This document shows positions 10,554-22,922 of a DNA stretch of 64,000 nt, piece by piece. A model generated the notes under the pieces. That model was not told where the DNA came from. It searched no databases and worked only from the letters and a program-made list of their open reading frames with translations. Source of the stretch: Octopus vulgaris. Taxonomy: Eukaryota. The DNA is taken from contig OX597817.1 of NCBI GenBank assembly GCA_951406725.2, positions 9,796,001-9,860,000 of the forward strand, read 5' to 3'. The position numbers and the translations under genes were made by a program. The number at the start of each line of letters is the position of its first letter. Within the stretch, counting starts at the first letter, position 1.

Positions 10554-13513
10554 AAGAGATCAAAGATGAATCCCGAAAGAGATCAAAGAGAGTGCCGAAA
10601 GAGATCAAAGAGGAGACCCGAAAGAGATCAAAGAGAGTGCCGAAAGAGATAAAAAAGAGAGCCGAAAGAGATCAAAGTGGATGCCGAAAGAGATCAAAGA
10701 GGATGCCGAAAGAGATCAAAGAGGATGCCGAAACAGATCAAAGTGGATGCCGAAAGAGATCAAAGTGGATGCCGAAAGAGATCGAAGAGGATGCCGAAAG
10801 AGATCAAAGAGGATGCCGAAAGAGATCAAAGTGGATGCCGAAAGAGATCAAAGAGTGTGCCGAAAGGGATCAAAGAGGAGTCCCGGAAGAGGTCAAAGAG
10901 GGTGCCGAAAGAGATAAAAGAGGGTGTCAAAAAGAGATCAAAGAGGATCCCGAAATAGATCAAAGAGGGTGCCGACAGAGATCAAAGAGGGTGCCGAAAG
11001 AGATCAAAGAGGATGTCGAAAGAGATCAAAGAGGATGCCGAAAGAGATCAAAGAGGATGCCGAAAGAGATCAAAGAGGATGCCGACAGAGATCAAAGGGC
11101 GTGCGCCAGAGATCAAAGATCGTGCCGATATAGATCAAAGAGCGTGCCGACAGAAATCAAAGAGGGTGCCGAAAGAGTTCAAAGAAGGTGCCGAAAGAGG
11201 TCAAAGAGGGTGCCGACAGAGATCAAAGAGCGTGCCGATATAGATCAAAGAGCGTGCCGACATAATTCAGCAGTACGTCCCGATAGGTTCCCTGCTTGTG
11301 AAAGAGATCAAAGAAGGTGCCGAAAGAGATCAAAGAAGGTGCCGAAAGAGATCAAAGAGCGTGCCGAAAGAGATCAAAGAGCGTGCCGATACAGATCAAA
11401 GAGCGTGTCGACAGAGATCAAAGAGGGTGCCGACAGAGATCAAAGAGGTGTCCCGAAAGAGATCAAAGAGCGTGTCGACAGAGATCAAAGAGTGTGCCGA
11501 CAGAGATCAAAGAGGAGTCCCGAAAGAGATCAAAGAGAGTGCCGAAAGAGATCAAAGAGCGTGCCGACAGAGATCAAAGAGGGTGCCGAAAGTGATCAAA
11601 GAGGGTGCCGACAGAAATCAAAGGGCGTGTCGACAGAGATCAAAGAGGGTGCCGACAGAGATCAAAGAGCGTGCCGACAGAGATCAAAGTGCGTGCCGAC
11701 AGAAATCAAAGGGAGTTTCGGCAGAGATCAAAGAGGGTGCCGACAGCTATCAATGATCGTACCGACAGAGATCAAAGAGGGTGCCGACAGAGCTCAAAGA
11801 GGTTGCCGACAGAGATCAAAGAGCGTGCCTACAGCGATTAAAGAGCGTGCCGATATAGATCAAAGAGCGTGCCGACAGAGATGAAAGAGGTTGCCGACAG
11901 AGATCAAAGAAGGTGTCGACAGAGATCAAAGAAGGTGTCGACAGAGATCAAAGAGGGTGCCGACAGAGATCAAAGAGCGTGCCGACAGCGATCAAAGAGC
12001 GTGCCGATATAGATCAAAGAGCGTGCCGACAGAGATCAAAGACTGTGCCGACAGAGATCAAAGAGGGTGCCGACAGAGATCAAATAGCGTGCCGACAGCG
12101 ATCAAAGAGCGTGCCGATATAGATCAAAGAGCGTGCCGACGGAGATCAAAGAGGGTGCTGACACCTATCAATGAGCGTGCCGACAGAGATCAAAGAGCGT
12201 TGCCGACAGAGATCAAAGAGCGTGCCGACAGAGATCAAAGAGGGTGCCGACAGAGATCAAAGATGGTGCCGACAGAGATCAAAGAGGAGCCCTGAAAGAG
12301 ATCAAAGAGGGTGCCGACAGAGATCAAAGAGCTTGCCGACATAGATCAAAGAGCTTGCCGATATAGATCAAAGAGCGTGCCCACAGAGATCAAAGAGGGT
12401 GCCGACAGCTATCAATGAGCGTGCCGACAGAGATCAAAGAGGTTGCCGACAGAGATCAAAGAGGAGTCCCGAAAGAGATCAAAGAGAGTGCCGAAAGAGA
12501 TCAAAGAGCGTGCCGACAGAGATCAAAGAGGGTGCCGAAAGTGATCAAAGAGGGTGCCGACAGAAATCAAAGGGCGTGTCGACAGAGATCAAAGAGGGTG
12601 CCGACAGAGATCAAAGAGCGTGCCGACAGAGATCAAAGAGGGTGCCGACAGAAATCAAAGAGAGTTTCGGCAGAGATCAAAGAGGGTGCCGACAGCTATC
12701 AATGATCGTACCGACAGAGATCAAAGAGGGTGCCGACAGAGATCAAAGAGCGTGCCGACAGAGATCAAAGAGCGTGCCTACAGCGATTAAAGAGCGTGCC
12801 GATATAGATCAAAGAGCGTGCCGACAGAGATCAAAGAGGGTGCCGACAGAGATCAAAGAGGGTGCCGACAGAGATCAAAGAGCGTGCCGACAGCGATCAA
12901 AGAGCGTGCCGATATAGATCAAAGAGCGTGCCGACAGAGATCAAAGACTGTGCCGACAGAGATCAAAGAGGGTGCCGACAGAGATCAAATAGCGTGCCGA
13001 CAGCGATCAAAGAGCGTGCCGATATAGATCAAAGAGCGTGCCGACGGAGATCAAAGAGGGTGCTTACACCTATCAATGAGCGTGCCGACAGAGATCAAAG
13101 AGGTTGCCGACAGAGATCAAAGAGGGTGATGACAGAGATCAAAGAGGGTGCCGACAGAGATCAAAGATGGTGCCGACAGAGATCAAAGAGGAGCCCTGAA
13201 AGAGATCAAAGAGGGTGCCGACATAGATCAAAGAGCTTGCCGACATAGATCAAAGAGCTTGCCGATATAGATCAAAGAGCGTGCCCACAGAGATCAAAGA
13301 GGGTGCCGACAGCTATCAATGAGCGTGCCGACAGAGATCAAAGAGGGTGCCGACAGAGATCAAAGAGGGTGCCGACAGAGATCAAAGAGCATGCCGACAG
13401 AGATCAAAGACGAGTCCCGAAAGAGATCAAAGAGGATGCCGAAAGAGATCAAAGAGGACTCCAGAAAGAGATCAAAGAGGACTCCAGAAAGAGATCAAAG
13501 AGAGTGCCGGAAA
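10554..13513 (+). repeat. Satellite B, 22-bp unit GAGATCAAAGAG(G/C)GTGCCGA(C/A)A, about 130 copies
   Basis: Directly visible; a ~0.9-0.95 kb higher-order duplication (marker gaggagtccc at 11512 and 12461). Confidence 0.97.
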
Positions 13514-16500
13514 AGATGTTCCGAAAATTTTCCATAAAAATTTTTCTAAAGTTTTACTCAAAAATTTTTTCGAAAATTTTACCCAAAATTTCCCGAAAAT
13601 TTTACTAAAAAATTTTCCGAAAAATTTTCACTGGAAATTTTCACCGAATATTTTACCCGAAAATTTTTAGCGAAAGTTTTACCCAAAAAGTTTTCGAAAA
13701 TTTTCACCAAAAAGTTTTCGAAAATTTTCAACAAAAAGTTTTCGAAAAGTTTCACCGAAAATTTTACTAAAAAATTTTCCGAAAGATTTTCACTGAAAAT
13801 TCACCGAATATTTTACATAAAAATTTTTCGAAAATTTTTACCGAAAATTTTACCCAAAAAGTTATCGAAAATTTTCACCAAAAATTTTTCGAAAATTTTC
13901 ACCAAAAAGTTTTCGAAAATTTTCACCGAAAATTTTCCCTAAAAATTTTTCGAAAATTTTCACAAAAATTTTTCGAAAATTTTGCCCAAAAATTTTCCCC
14001 AAAAATTTTCCATAAAAATCTTTCGAAAATTTTACCCAAAAATTTCCCGAAAATTTTCACAAAAAATTTTTCGAGAATTTTCACCAAAAATTTTACGAAA
14101 ATTTTCACCGAATATTTTGCCCAAAAATTTTTCGAAAATTTTCCATAAAAATATTTCGAAATTTTTAACCGAAAATTTCCCAAAAATTTTTCGAAAATTT
14201 TCACCGAAATTTTACGAAAAAATTTTTCAAAAATTTTCACTGAAAATTTTCACTAAAAATTTTTCGAAAATTTTGCCCAAAAATTTCCCGAAAATTTTCA
14301 CCAAAAATTTTTCGAGAATTTTCACCAAAAATTTTTCGAAAATTTTGCACAAAAATTTTACGAAAGTTTTCACCGAATATTTTACCCAAAAATTTTCCAC
14401 AAAAATATTTCGAAATTTTTAACCGAAAATTTCCCGCAAAAATTTTTCAAAAATTTTACGAAAGAAGTTTCCGAAAATTTTTACTGAAAATTTTACCCAA
14501 AAATTTTCCAAAAATTTTTCGAAAATTTTAACCGAAAATTTTACCCAAAAAGTTTTCGAAAATTTTTACCAAAAATTTTTTGAAAATTTTCACCAAAAAA
14601 GTTTTCGAAGTTTCACCGAAAATTTTCCCTAAAAATTTTTCGAAAATTTTAACAGAAAATTTTCACTAAAAATTTTTCGATAATTTTGCCCAAAAATTTT
14701 CCATAAAAATTTTTCGAAATTTTTAACCGAAAATTTCCCCCAAAAATTTTTCGAAATTTTTCACCAACAATTTTACCCATAAACTTTCCGAAAATTTTCA
14801 CCGAATATTTTACCCAAAAATTTTTCGATAATTTTCACCAAAAATTTTACCCAAATATTTTTAGAAAATTTTAACAAAATTTTCCACAAAAATTTTCCGA
14901 AAATTTTCACCGAAAATTTTACCCAAATTTTTTCGATAATTTGACCAAAACTTTTCGAAAATTTTACCCAAAATTTTTCCGACAATTTTCACCGAAAATT
15001 TTACCCAAAAAGTTTTCGAAAATTTTGACCAAAAATTTTTCGAAAATTTTGACCAAAAATTTTTCGAAAATTTTCACCAAAAGTTTTCGAAAATTTTCAC
15101 CGAAAATTTTCCCTAAAAATTTTTCTGAAAATTTTAACAAAATTTTCACTAAAAATTTTTCGAAAATTTTGCCCAAAAATTTCCCCCAAAAATTTTTCGA
15201 AATTTTTCACCAACAATTTTACCCATAAACTTTCCGAAAATTTTCACCGAATATTTTACCCAAAAAATTTTTCGATAATTTTCACCAAAAATTTTACCCA
15301 AATATTTTTAGAAAATTTTAACAAAATTTTCCACAAAAATTTTCCGAAAATTTTCACCGAAGATTTTACCCAAATTTTTTCGATAATTTGACCAAAACTT
15401 TTCGAAAATTTTACCCAAAATTTTTCCGACAATTTTCACCGAAAATTTTACCCAAAAAGTTTTCGAAAATTTTGACCAAAAATTTTTCGAAAATTTTGAC
15501 CAAAAATTTTTCGAAAATTTTCACCAAAAAGTTTTCGAAAATTTTCACCGAAAATTTTCCCTAAAAATTTTTCGAAAATTTTAACAAAATTTTCACTAAA
15601 AATTTTTCGAAAATTTTCACCGAAAATTTCCCCCAAAAATTTTTCGAAATTTTTCACCAACAATTTTACCCATAAACTTTCCGAAAATTTTCACCGAATA
15701 TTTTACCCAAAAATTTTTCGATAATTTTCACCAAAAATTTTACCCAAATATTTTTAGAAAATTTTAACAAAATTTTCCGCAAAAATTTTCCGAAAATTTT
15801 CACCGAAGATTTTACCCAAATTTTTTCGAAAATTTGACCAAAACTTTTTCGAAAATTTTACCCAAAATTTTTCCGACAATTTTCACCGAAAATTTTACCC
15901 AAAAAGTTTTCGAAAATTTTCACCAAAAATTTTTCGAAAATTTTCACCAAAAAGTTTTCGAAAATTTTCACCGAAAATTTTCCCTAAAAATTTTCGAAAA
16001 TTTTAACAGAAAATTTTCACTAAAAATTTTTCGAAAATTTTGCCCAAAAATTTTCCCCAAAAATTTTTCGAAAATTTTGCCCAAAAATTTTCCATAAAAA
16101 TCTTTCAAAATTTTACCCAAAAATTTCCCGAAAATTTTCACAAAAAATTTTTCGAGAATTTTCACCAAAAATTTTACGAAAATTTTCACCGAATATTTTG
16201 CCCAAAAATTTTTCGAAAATTTTCCATAAAAATATATCGAAATTTTTAACCGAAAATTTCCCCCAAAATTTTTCGAAAAGTTTCACCGAAAATTTTACGA
16301 AATAATTTTCCGAAAATTTTCACTGAAAATTTTCACTAAAAATTTTTCGAAAATTTTGCCCAAAAATTTCCCGAAAATTTTCACCAAAAATTTTTCGAGA
16401 ATTTTAACCAAAAATTTTTCGAAAATTTTGCACAGAAATTTTACGAAAGTTTTCACCGAATATTTTACCCAAAAATTTTCCACAAAAATGTTTCGAAATT

Positions 16501-19500
16501 TTTAACCGAAAATTTCCCCCAAAAATTTTTCGAAAATTTTACGAAAAAAGTTTCCGAAAATTTTTAATGAAAATTTTACCCAAAAATTTTCCAAAAATTT
16601 TTCGAAAATTTTAACCGAAAATTTTACCCATAAAGTTTTCGAAAATTTTCACCAAAAATTTTTTGAAAATTTTCACCAAAAAGTTTTCGAAAAGTTTCAC
16701 CGAAAATTTTCCCTAAAAATTTTTCGAAAATTTTAACAGAAAATTTTCACTAAAAATTTTTCGAAAATTTTGCCCAAAAATTTTCCATAAAAATTTTTCG
16801 AAATTTTTAACCGAAAATTTCCCAAAAATTTTTCGAAATTTTTCACCAACAATTTTACCCATAAACTTTCCGAAAATTTTCACCGAAAATTTTACTCAAA
16901 AACTTTTTGAAAATTTTCACCGAATATTTTACCCAAAAATTTTTCGAAAATTTTACCCAAAAATTTTTCGATAATTTTCACCAAAAATTTTACCCAAATA
17001 TTTTTAGAAAATTTTAACAAAATTTTCCACAAAAATTTTTCGAAAATTTTCACCGAAGATTTTACCCAAATTTTTTCGAAAATTTGACCAAAACTTTTTC
17101 GAAAATTTTACCCAAAATTTTTCCGACAATTTTCACCGAAAATTTTACCCAAAAAGTTTTCGAAAATTTTCACCAAAATTTTTCGAAAATTTTCACCGAA
17201 AATTATCCCTAAAAATTTTCGAAACTTTTAACAGAAAATTTTCACTAAAAATTTTTCGAAAATTTTGCCCAAAAATTTTCCCCAAAAATTTTTCGAAAAT
17301 TTTGCCCAAAAATTTTCCATAAAAATCTTTCGAAAATTTTACCCAAAAATTTCCCGAAAATTTTCACAAAAAATTTTTCGAGAATTTTCACCAAAATTTT
17401 ACGAAAATTTTCACCGAATATTTTGCCCAAAAATTTTTCGAAAATTTTCCATAAAAATATTTCGAAATTTTTTCGTAAAATTTTCGGTGAAAATTTTCGA
17501 AAAATTTTTGGGGGAAATTTCGAATCATATGGTTCCGGGTTCAGTCCCACTGCGTGGCACCTTCGTCAAGTGTCTTCTACGATAGCCCCGGGCCGACCCA
17601 AGCCTTGTGAGTGGAGGATTTGGTAGAAGGAAACTGAAAGAGGCCCGTCGTATATATGTATATATATTGTTGGCATCCTTTTTGTCTCGGGAGACAATGG
17701 AGTTGCGCGTAAAGTAGTCTAGTCCGGCTTTTACATTTCATGTCCTGATACATTTCCTGCTGTGGCTGTGTAGTCCTATCCTGGACAAACACTCCCTCTG
17801 GCAGGTACCGCAAATGTAGTGAAGACTGTACCTGGCTGGTTGTAGTGCCATAGTCTCTTGTTTACGTCTATTCCTTTCTTTCCATTTCTCCTCTCTCTCT
17901 CTGTCACTCCTTTGTATTCCCTCTTTTATGGTACGTCGCCAGTCTCCACGGTTGCCGGCAACTGCCTCCCAACCGCTAATGATGTTGCAGGCCTTCATGT
18001 CCCTTTTGCGAACATCCTTGTAACTAAGAACGGTCTACCCACAGACCTAGTACCCCTAGCAAGCTCTCCGTAGAGTATGTCCTTGGGGATTCTGCCATCT
18101 TTCATAAGGCTAACATGCCGTAAAATTTCCCCCAAAAATTTTTCGAAAATTTTCACCGAAAATTTTACGAAAAAATTTTCCAAAAATTTTCACTGAAAAT
18201 TTTCACTAAAAATTTTTCGAAAATTTTGCCCAAAAATTTCCCGAAAATTTTCACCAAAAATTTTTCGAGAATTTTCACCAAAAATTTTTCGAAAATTTTG
18301 CACAAAAATTTTACGAAAGTTTTCACCGAATATTTTACCCAAAAATTTTCCATAAAAATGTTTCGAAATTTTTAACCGAAAATTTCCCCCAAAAATTTTT
18401 CGAAAATCTTACGAAAAAAGTTTCCGAAAATTTTTACTGAAAATTTTACCCAAAAATTTTCCAAAAATTTTTCGAAAATTTTAACCGAAAATTTTACCCA
18501 AAAAGTTTTCGAAAATTTTCACCAAAAATTTTTTGAAAATTTTCACCAAAAAGTTTTCGAAAAGTTTCACCGAAAATTTTCCTAAAAATTTTACGAAAAT
18601 TTTAACAGAAAATTTTCACTAAAAATTTTTCGAAAATTTTGCCCAATAATTTTCCTTAAAAATTTTTCGAATTTTTAACCGAAAATTTCCCCAAAAATTT
18701 TTCGAAATTTTTCACCAACAATTTTACCCATAAACTTTCCGAAAATTTTCACCAAAAATTTTACTCAAAAACTTTTTGAAAATTTTCACCGAATATTTTA
18801 CCCAAAAATTTTTCGATAATTTTCACCAAAAATTTTACCCAAATATTTTTAGAAAATTTTAACAAAATTTTCCACAAAAATTTTCCGAAAATTTTCCGAA
18901 AATTTTCACCGAAGATTTTACCCAAATTTTTTCGAAAATTTGACCAAAACTTTTTCGAATATTTTACCCAAAATTTTTCCGACAATTTTCACCGAAAATT
19001 TTACCCAAAAAGTTTTCGAAAATTTTCACCAAAAATTTTTCGAAAATTTTCACCAAAAAGTTTTCGAAAATTTTCACCGAAAATTTTCCCTAAAAATTTT
19101 TCGAAAATTTTAACAGAAAATTTTCACTAAAAATTTTTCGAAAATTTTGCCCAAAAATTTTCCCCAAAAGTTTTTCGAAAATTTTGCCCAAAAATTTTCC
19201 ATAAAAATCTTTCGAAAATTTTACCCAAAAATTTCCCGAAAATTTTCACAAAATTTTTCGAGAATTTTCACCAAAAATTTTACGAAAATTTTCACCGAAT
19301 ATTTTGCCCAAAAATTTTTCGAAAATTTTCCATAAAAATATTTCGAAATTTTTAACCGAAAATTTCAAAAATTTTTCGAAAATTTTCACCGAAATTTTAC
19401 GAAAAAATTTTCCGAAAATTTTCACTGTAAATTTTCACTAAAAATTTTTCGAAAATTTTGCCCAAAAATTTCCGGAAAATTTTCACCAAAAATTTTTCGA

Positions 19501-19795
19501 GAATTTTCACCAAAAATTTTTCGAAAATTTTGCACAAAAATTTTACGAAAATTTTCACCGAATATTTTATCCAAAAATTTTTCGAAAATTTTCACCAAAA
19601 AGTTTTCGAAAATTTTCACCGAAAATTTTCACTAAAAAGTTTTCGAAAATTTTGCCCAAAAATTTCCCGAAAATTTTCACCGAAAATTTTCCCTAAAAAT
19701 TTTTCGAAAATTTTAACAGAAAATTTTCACTAAAAATTTTTACCAAAAATTTTTCGAAAATTTTACCCAAAAATTCTTCGAATATTTTACCCAAT
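13514..19795. repeat. Satellite A, main block, with higher-order repeats and an insertion at 17465-18119
   Basis: Marker ccataaaaatctttc at 14010, 16092, 17317 and 19199; marker caccaacaattttacccataaac at 14762, 15208, 15655, 16844 and 18713. Confidence 0.95.
17521..18119 (-). mobile_element. Inverted copy of 21714-22313 (RTE 3' end plus SINE B fragment) inside satellite A
   Basis: Reverse complement matches 21714-22313 with few differences; ORFs 17577-17813(-) and 22021-22257(+) give almost the same peptide. Confidence 0.95.
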
Positions 19796-19889
19796 TTATT
19801 ATTTTTATTTTTATGTCTTGGTTTGTTTTTCACTGTTTGATATGCCTAATAGTGGTTTTATATCTAATTTAATTTATATTTATATTTTT

Positions 19890-22167
19890 GGCATGAGAGA
19901 AAGGCAAAACCCAGATTGGTTCAATGCTGGGCTCTCAGAGCTGGAGCCAGTTATCGAAGCAAAGCGTGCAGCTCTACAATGTATTGCGTGCAGCAATACA
20001 AGAGTGACTCTTCTACAAAGTCACTCGAAGAACTCAGAAAGGCACGAAATAAAACCCAACTGACAGCCAGACGCTGTGAAAATAGGTATTGGCAGGAAAT
20101 CTGTCAGAGTATCCAGTCAGCTGCTGACAGGGGCGACACCCGTGGGATATATGCCGGTTTGAAGAAGGCCTTCGGTCCATCCGCAACCAAGTCAGCCCCT
20201 CTGAAATCAACTACTGGAGATCTCATCAGGGATCAAAGCAAGCAAATGGATAGATGGGTGGAGCACTACCAGGATCTCTACTCACGGGAGACTACAGTGG
20301 CTGAGACTGCAGTCGAGAGTGTCAAGATCTTGCCAGTCATGTGCGAACTTGACAGTCCGCCATCTATAGCAGAACTCACCAAGGCTGTTGACTCCCTAGC
20401 AAGAAACAAGGCTCTGGGAAAAGACGGCATCTCCTCAGAGATCATCAAAGCCGGCAAAAACACCATCCTGCTTCGGCACCTTCATGAGCTTCTGTGTCAG
20501 TGCTGGGAAGAGGGTACAGTCCCTCAGGATATGCGGGATGCAAACATCATTACGCTTTACAAAAACAAAGGTGACTGTGGTGATTGTAACAATTACCGTG
20601 GAATATCTCTTCTAAGCACTGTTGGAAAGACCTTTGCCCGCGTTACCCTGGCCAGGCTACAACTACTTGCTTCTCGAATCTATCCGAAATCGCAGTGTGA
20701 CTTTAGAAGAAGCAGATCAACTATCGATATGATATTCTCCATACGCCAACTTCAGGAGAAGTCCAGAGAGCAGAGAATGCCATTATATATGGCCTTCATT
20801 GATCTAACAAAGGCCTTTGACTCGGTAAGCAGAACAGGCCTCTTCATCCTGCTTCAAAAAATCGGATGTCCACCAAAGCTGCTGAGGATCATCAAGTCTT
20901 TCCATGATGACATGCAAGGCACCATACAGCACAACGGTTCAACATCAGCCGCCTTCCAAATAAAGAACGGGGTAAAGCAAGGTTGTGTCCTCGCTCCTAC
21001 ATTGTTTGGCATCTTCTTCTCGCTCTTACTCTCACATGCCTTTCAGACATCAGTTGATGGAGTGTTTCTGCACAGTAGAAGTGACAGGAAACTGTTCAAT
21101 CTCTCGTGCCTGCGTGCCAAGACCAAAATCAGAAACGTCCTGATCAAGGAGATGCTATTTGCTGATGATGCCGCTCTGGTATCACACACAGAAGAAGCCC
21201 TCCAAAGGCTCATTAACTGTTTTGAGCAAGCATGTAACGACTTTGGCTTAGCTATCAGCCTTACGAAGACCAACATCATGGGTCAGGCTACATCGGACAT
21301 CCCAACCATACATATTGGAGACCACAGATTACAAGAGGTGGAGAAGTTTACCTATCTTGGCTCTACCGTCACCTACAACCTATCCCTTGACGCTGAGCTC
21401 AATATACGCATTGGCAAGGCAGCTGCTGCGATGGCCCAACTCTCCAAACGGGCTTGGGACAACAATAAGCAGACCAATACCACGAAAATGAAGATCTACT
21501 AGGCATGAGTACTTACCACTCTACTGTATGGAAGTGAGACTTGGATGCTATACACACGCCAAGAGCGTCGCCTAAACATCTTTCACCTGCGCTGCCTCCG
21601 GAAAATCCTCCACATCAGATGGCAGAATCATATCCCCAACAAAGATGTCCTCAGGCAAGCAGGAATACCAAGCATGTTTGCACTCCTCACGCAAAGACGT
21701 ATGAGATGGCTTGGGCATGTTAGCCGTATGAAAGATGGCAGAATCCCCAAGGACATACTCTACGGAGAGCTTGCTAGGGGTACTAGGTCTGTGGGTAGAC
21801 CGATCTTACGTTACAAGGATGTTTGCAAAAGGGACATGAAGGCCTGCAACATCATTAGCGGTTGAGAGGCAGTTGCCGGCAACCGTGGAGACTGGCGACG
21901 TACCATAAAAGAGGGAATACAAAGGAGTGACAGAGAGAGAGAGGAGAAATGGAAAGAAAGGAATAGACGTAAACAAGAGACTATGGCACTACAACCAGCC
22001 AGGTACAGTCTTCACTACATTTGCGGTACCTGCCAGAGGGAGTGTTTGTCCAGGATAGGACTACACAGCCACAGCAGGAAATGTATCAGGACATGAAATG
22101 TAAAAGCCGGACTAGACTACTTTACGCGCAACTCCATTGTCTCCCGAGACAAAAAGGATGCCAACAA
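19890..22167 (+). mobile_element. RTE-clade (BovB-like) LINE, 5'-truncated, pseudogenised RT
   Basis: 528-aa frame with NYRGISLLS, FIDLTKAFDSV, GVKQGCVLAPTLF, LFADD, FTYLGS; continues past stops (21500, 21863) through RWLGHVSRM to a C-terminal C2H2-like CGTC..GLHSH; RTE-like 3' end ccattgtctcccgagac..gatgccaacaa. Confidence 0.95.
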
Positions 22168-22313
22168 TATATATACATATATACGACGGGCCTCTTTCAG
22201 TTACCTTCTACCAAATCCTCCACTCACAAGGCTTGGGTCGGCCCGGGGCTATCGTAGAAGACACTTGCCGAAGGTGCCATGCAGTGGGACTGAACCCGGA
22301 ACCATATGATTCG
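22168..22313 (-). mobile_element. SINE family B, 5'-half fragment
   Basis: atacgacgggcctctttcagtt...gcagtgggactgaacccggaacca matches family B. Confidence 0.85.
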
Positions 22314-22690
22314 TAATCCTGGTAAAAGAATAAGTATAGAATTTATAACAGAATTACTTATAACGTGAATAAATACTTATAATATAAGGTGAACTGATTT
22401 TAGAACAATTCCACATCCTTACGGGTGGATAGAGATATGATATAAAATAGGATCTAAGGTATAGGGTAAACAAGATAGAGATATTTGAACTATATAAAGG
22501 TGTAGATTTTAAAATATTTATAAATATTTAGGGATCTTTTCTGTTTGGTTGCCAGCGACTGCTAGCATCAATATTCTCTTGGAATTGATTTCATATTCAG
22601 TGTAATGATACACTTTTATAGGTTAATTAATGACGTGAAAGTAATTTTCGTTATAAATCAATAAATAAAGGATTTTTAGTAATTAAAGTT

Positions 22691-22922
22691 TTAAAATTTT
22701 GTTAAATTTAGCCAATTGTAAGCCACAGGCACATTCATGGCTGTTTCGATAGTAAGAAGTGGAACATGAGAACTCTTTTGACTCTCAACTGCCATAGTAA
22801 CAAGCGAATCCAAGCAGTCTTTGAAAAGTCTTTTATCTGCGAGGAAGCACGTGTTGACAAATTTGACGCTGTGTTCTGTGATGGCAGCAAGCTCCAGTAA
22901 CTTCGCTTCTGTTATGGAAACA
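22691..22922 (-). CDS. Candidate terminal coding exon of an unidentified gene
   Basis: Minus-strand acceptor tctcctctgttttcAG, then 76 open codons (VSITEAKLLELAAITEHSVKFVNTCFLADKRLFKDCLDSLVTMAVESQKSSHVPLLTIETAMNVPVAYNWLNLTKF*) in a higher-GC island; no family recognised. Confidence 0.35.

Noticed and set aside
10554-13513. Possible CRISPR array
   Set aside because: No unique spacers (one 40-bp LINE insert only), no cas genes, eukaryotic context.
10592-13670. Long ORFs (up to 430 aa) of PTEIKE/RDQRGC/RQRSKR repeats
   Set aside because: The 22-bp unit has no plus-strand stop, so all three frames are open; satellite artefact.
13923-19733. K/F/I/N-rich ORFs on both strands
   Set aside because: Translations of satellite A.
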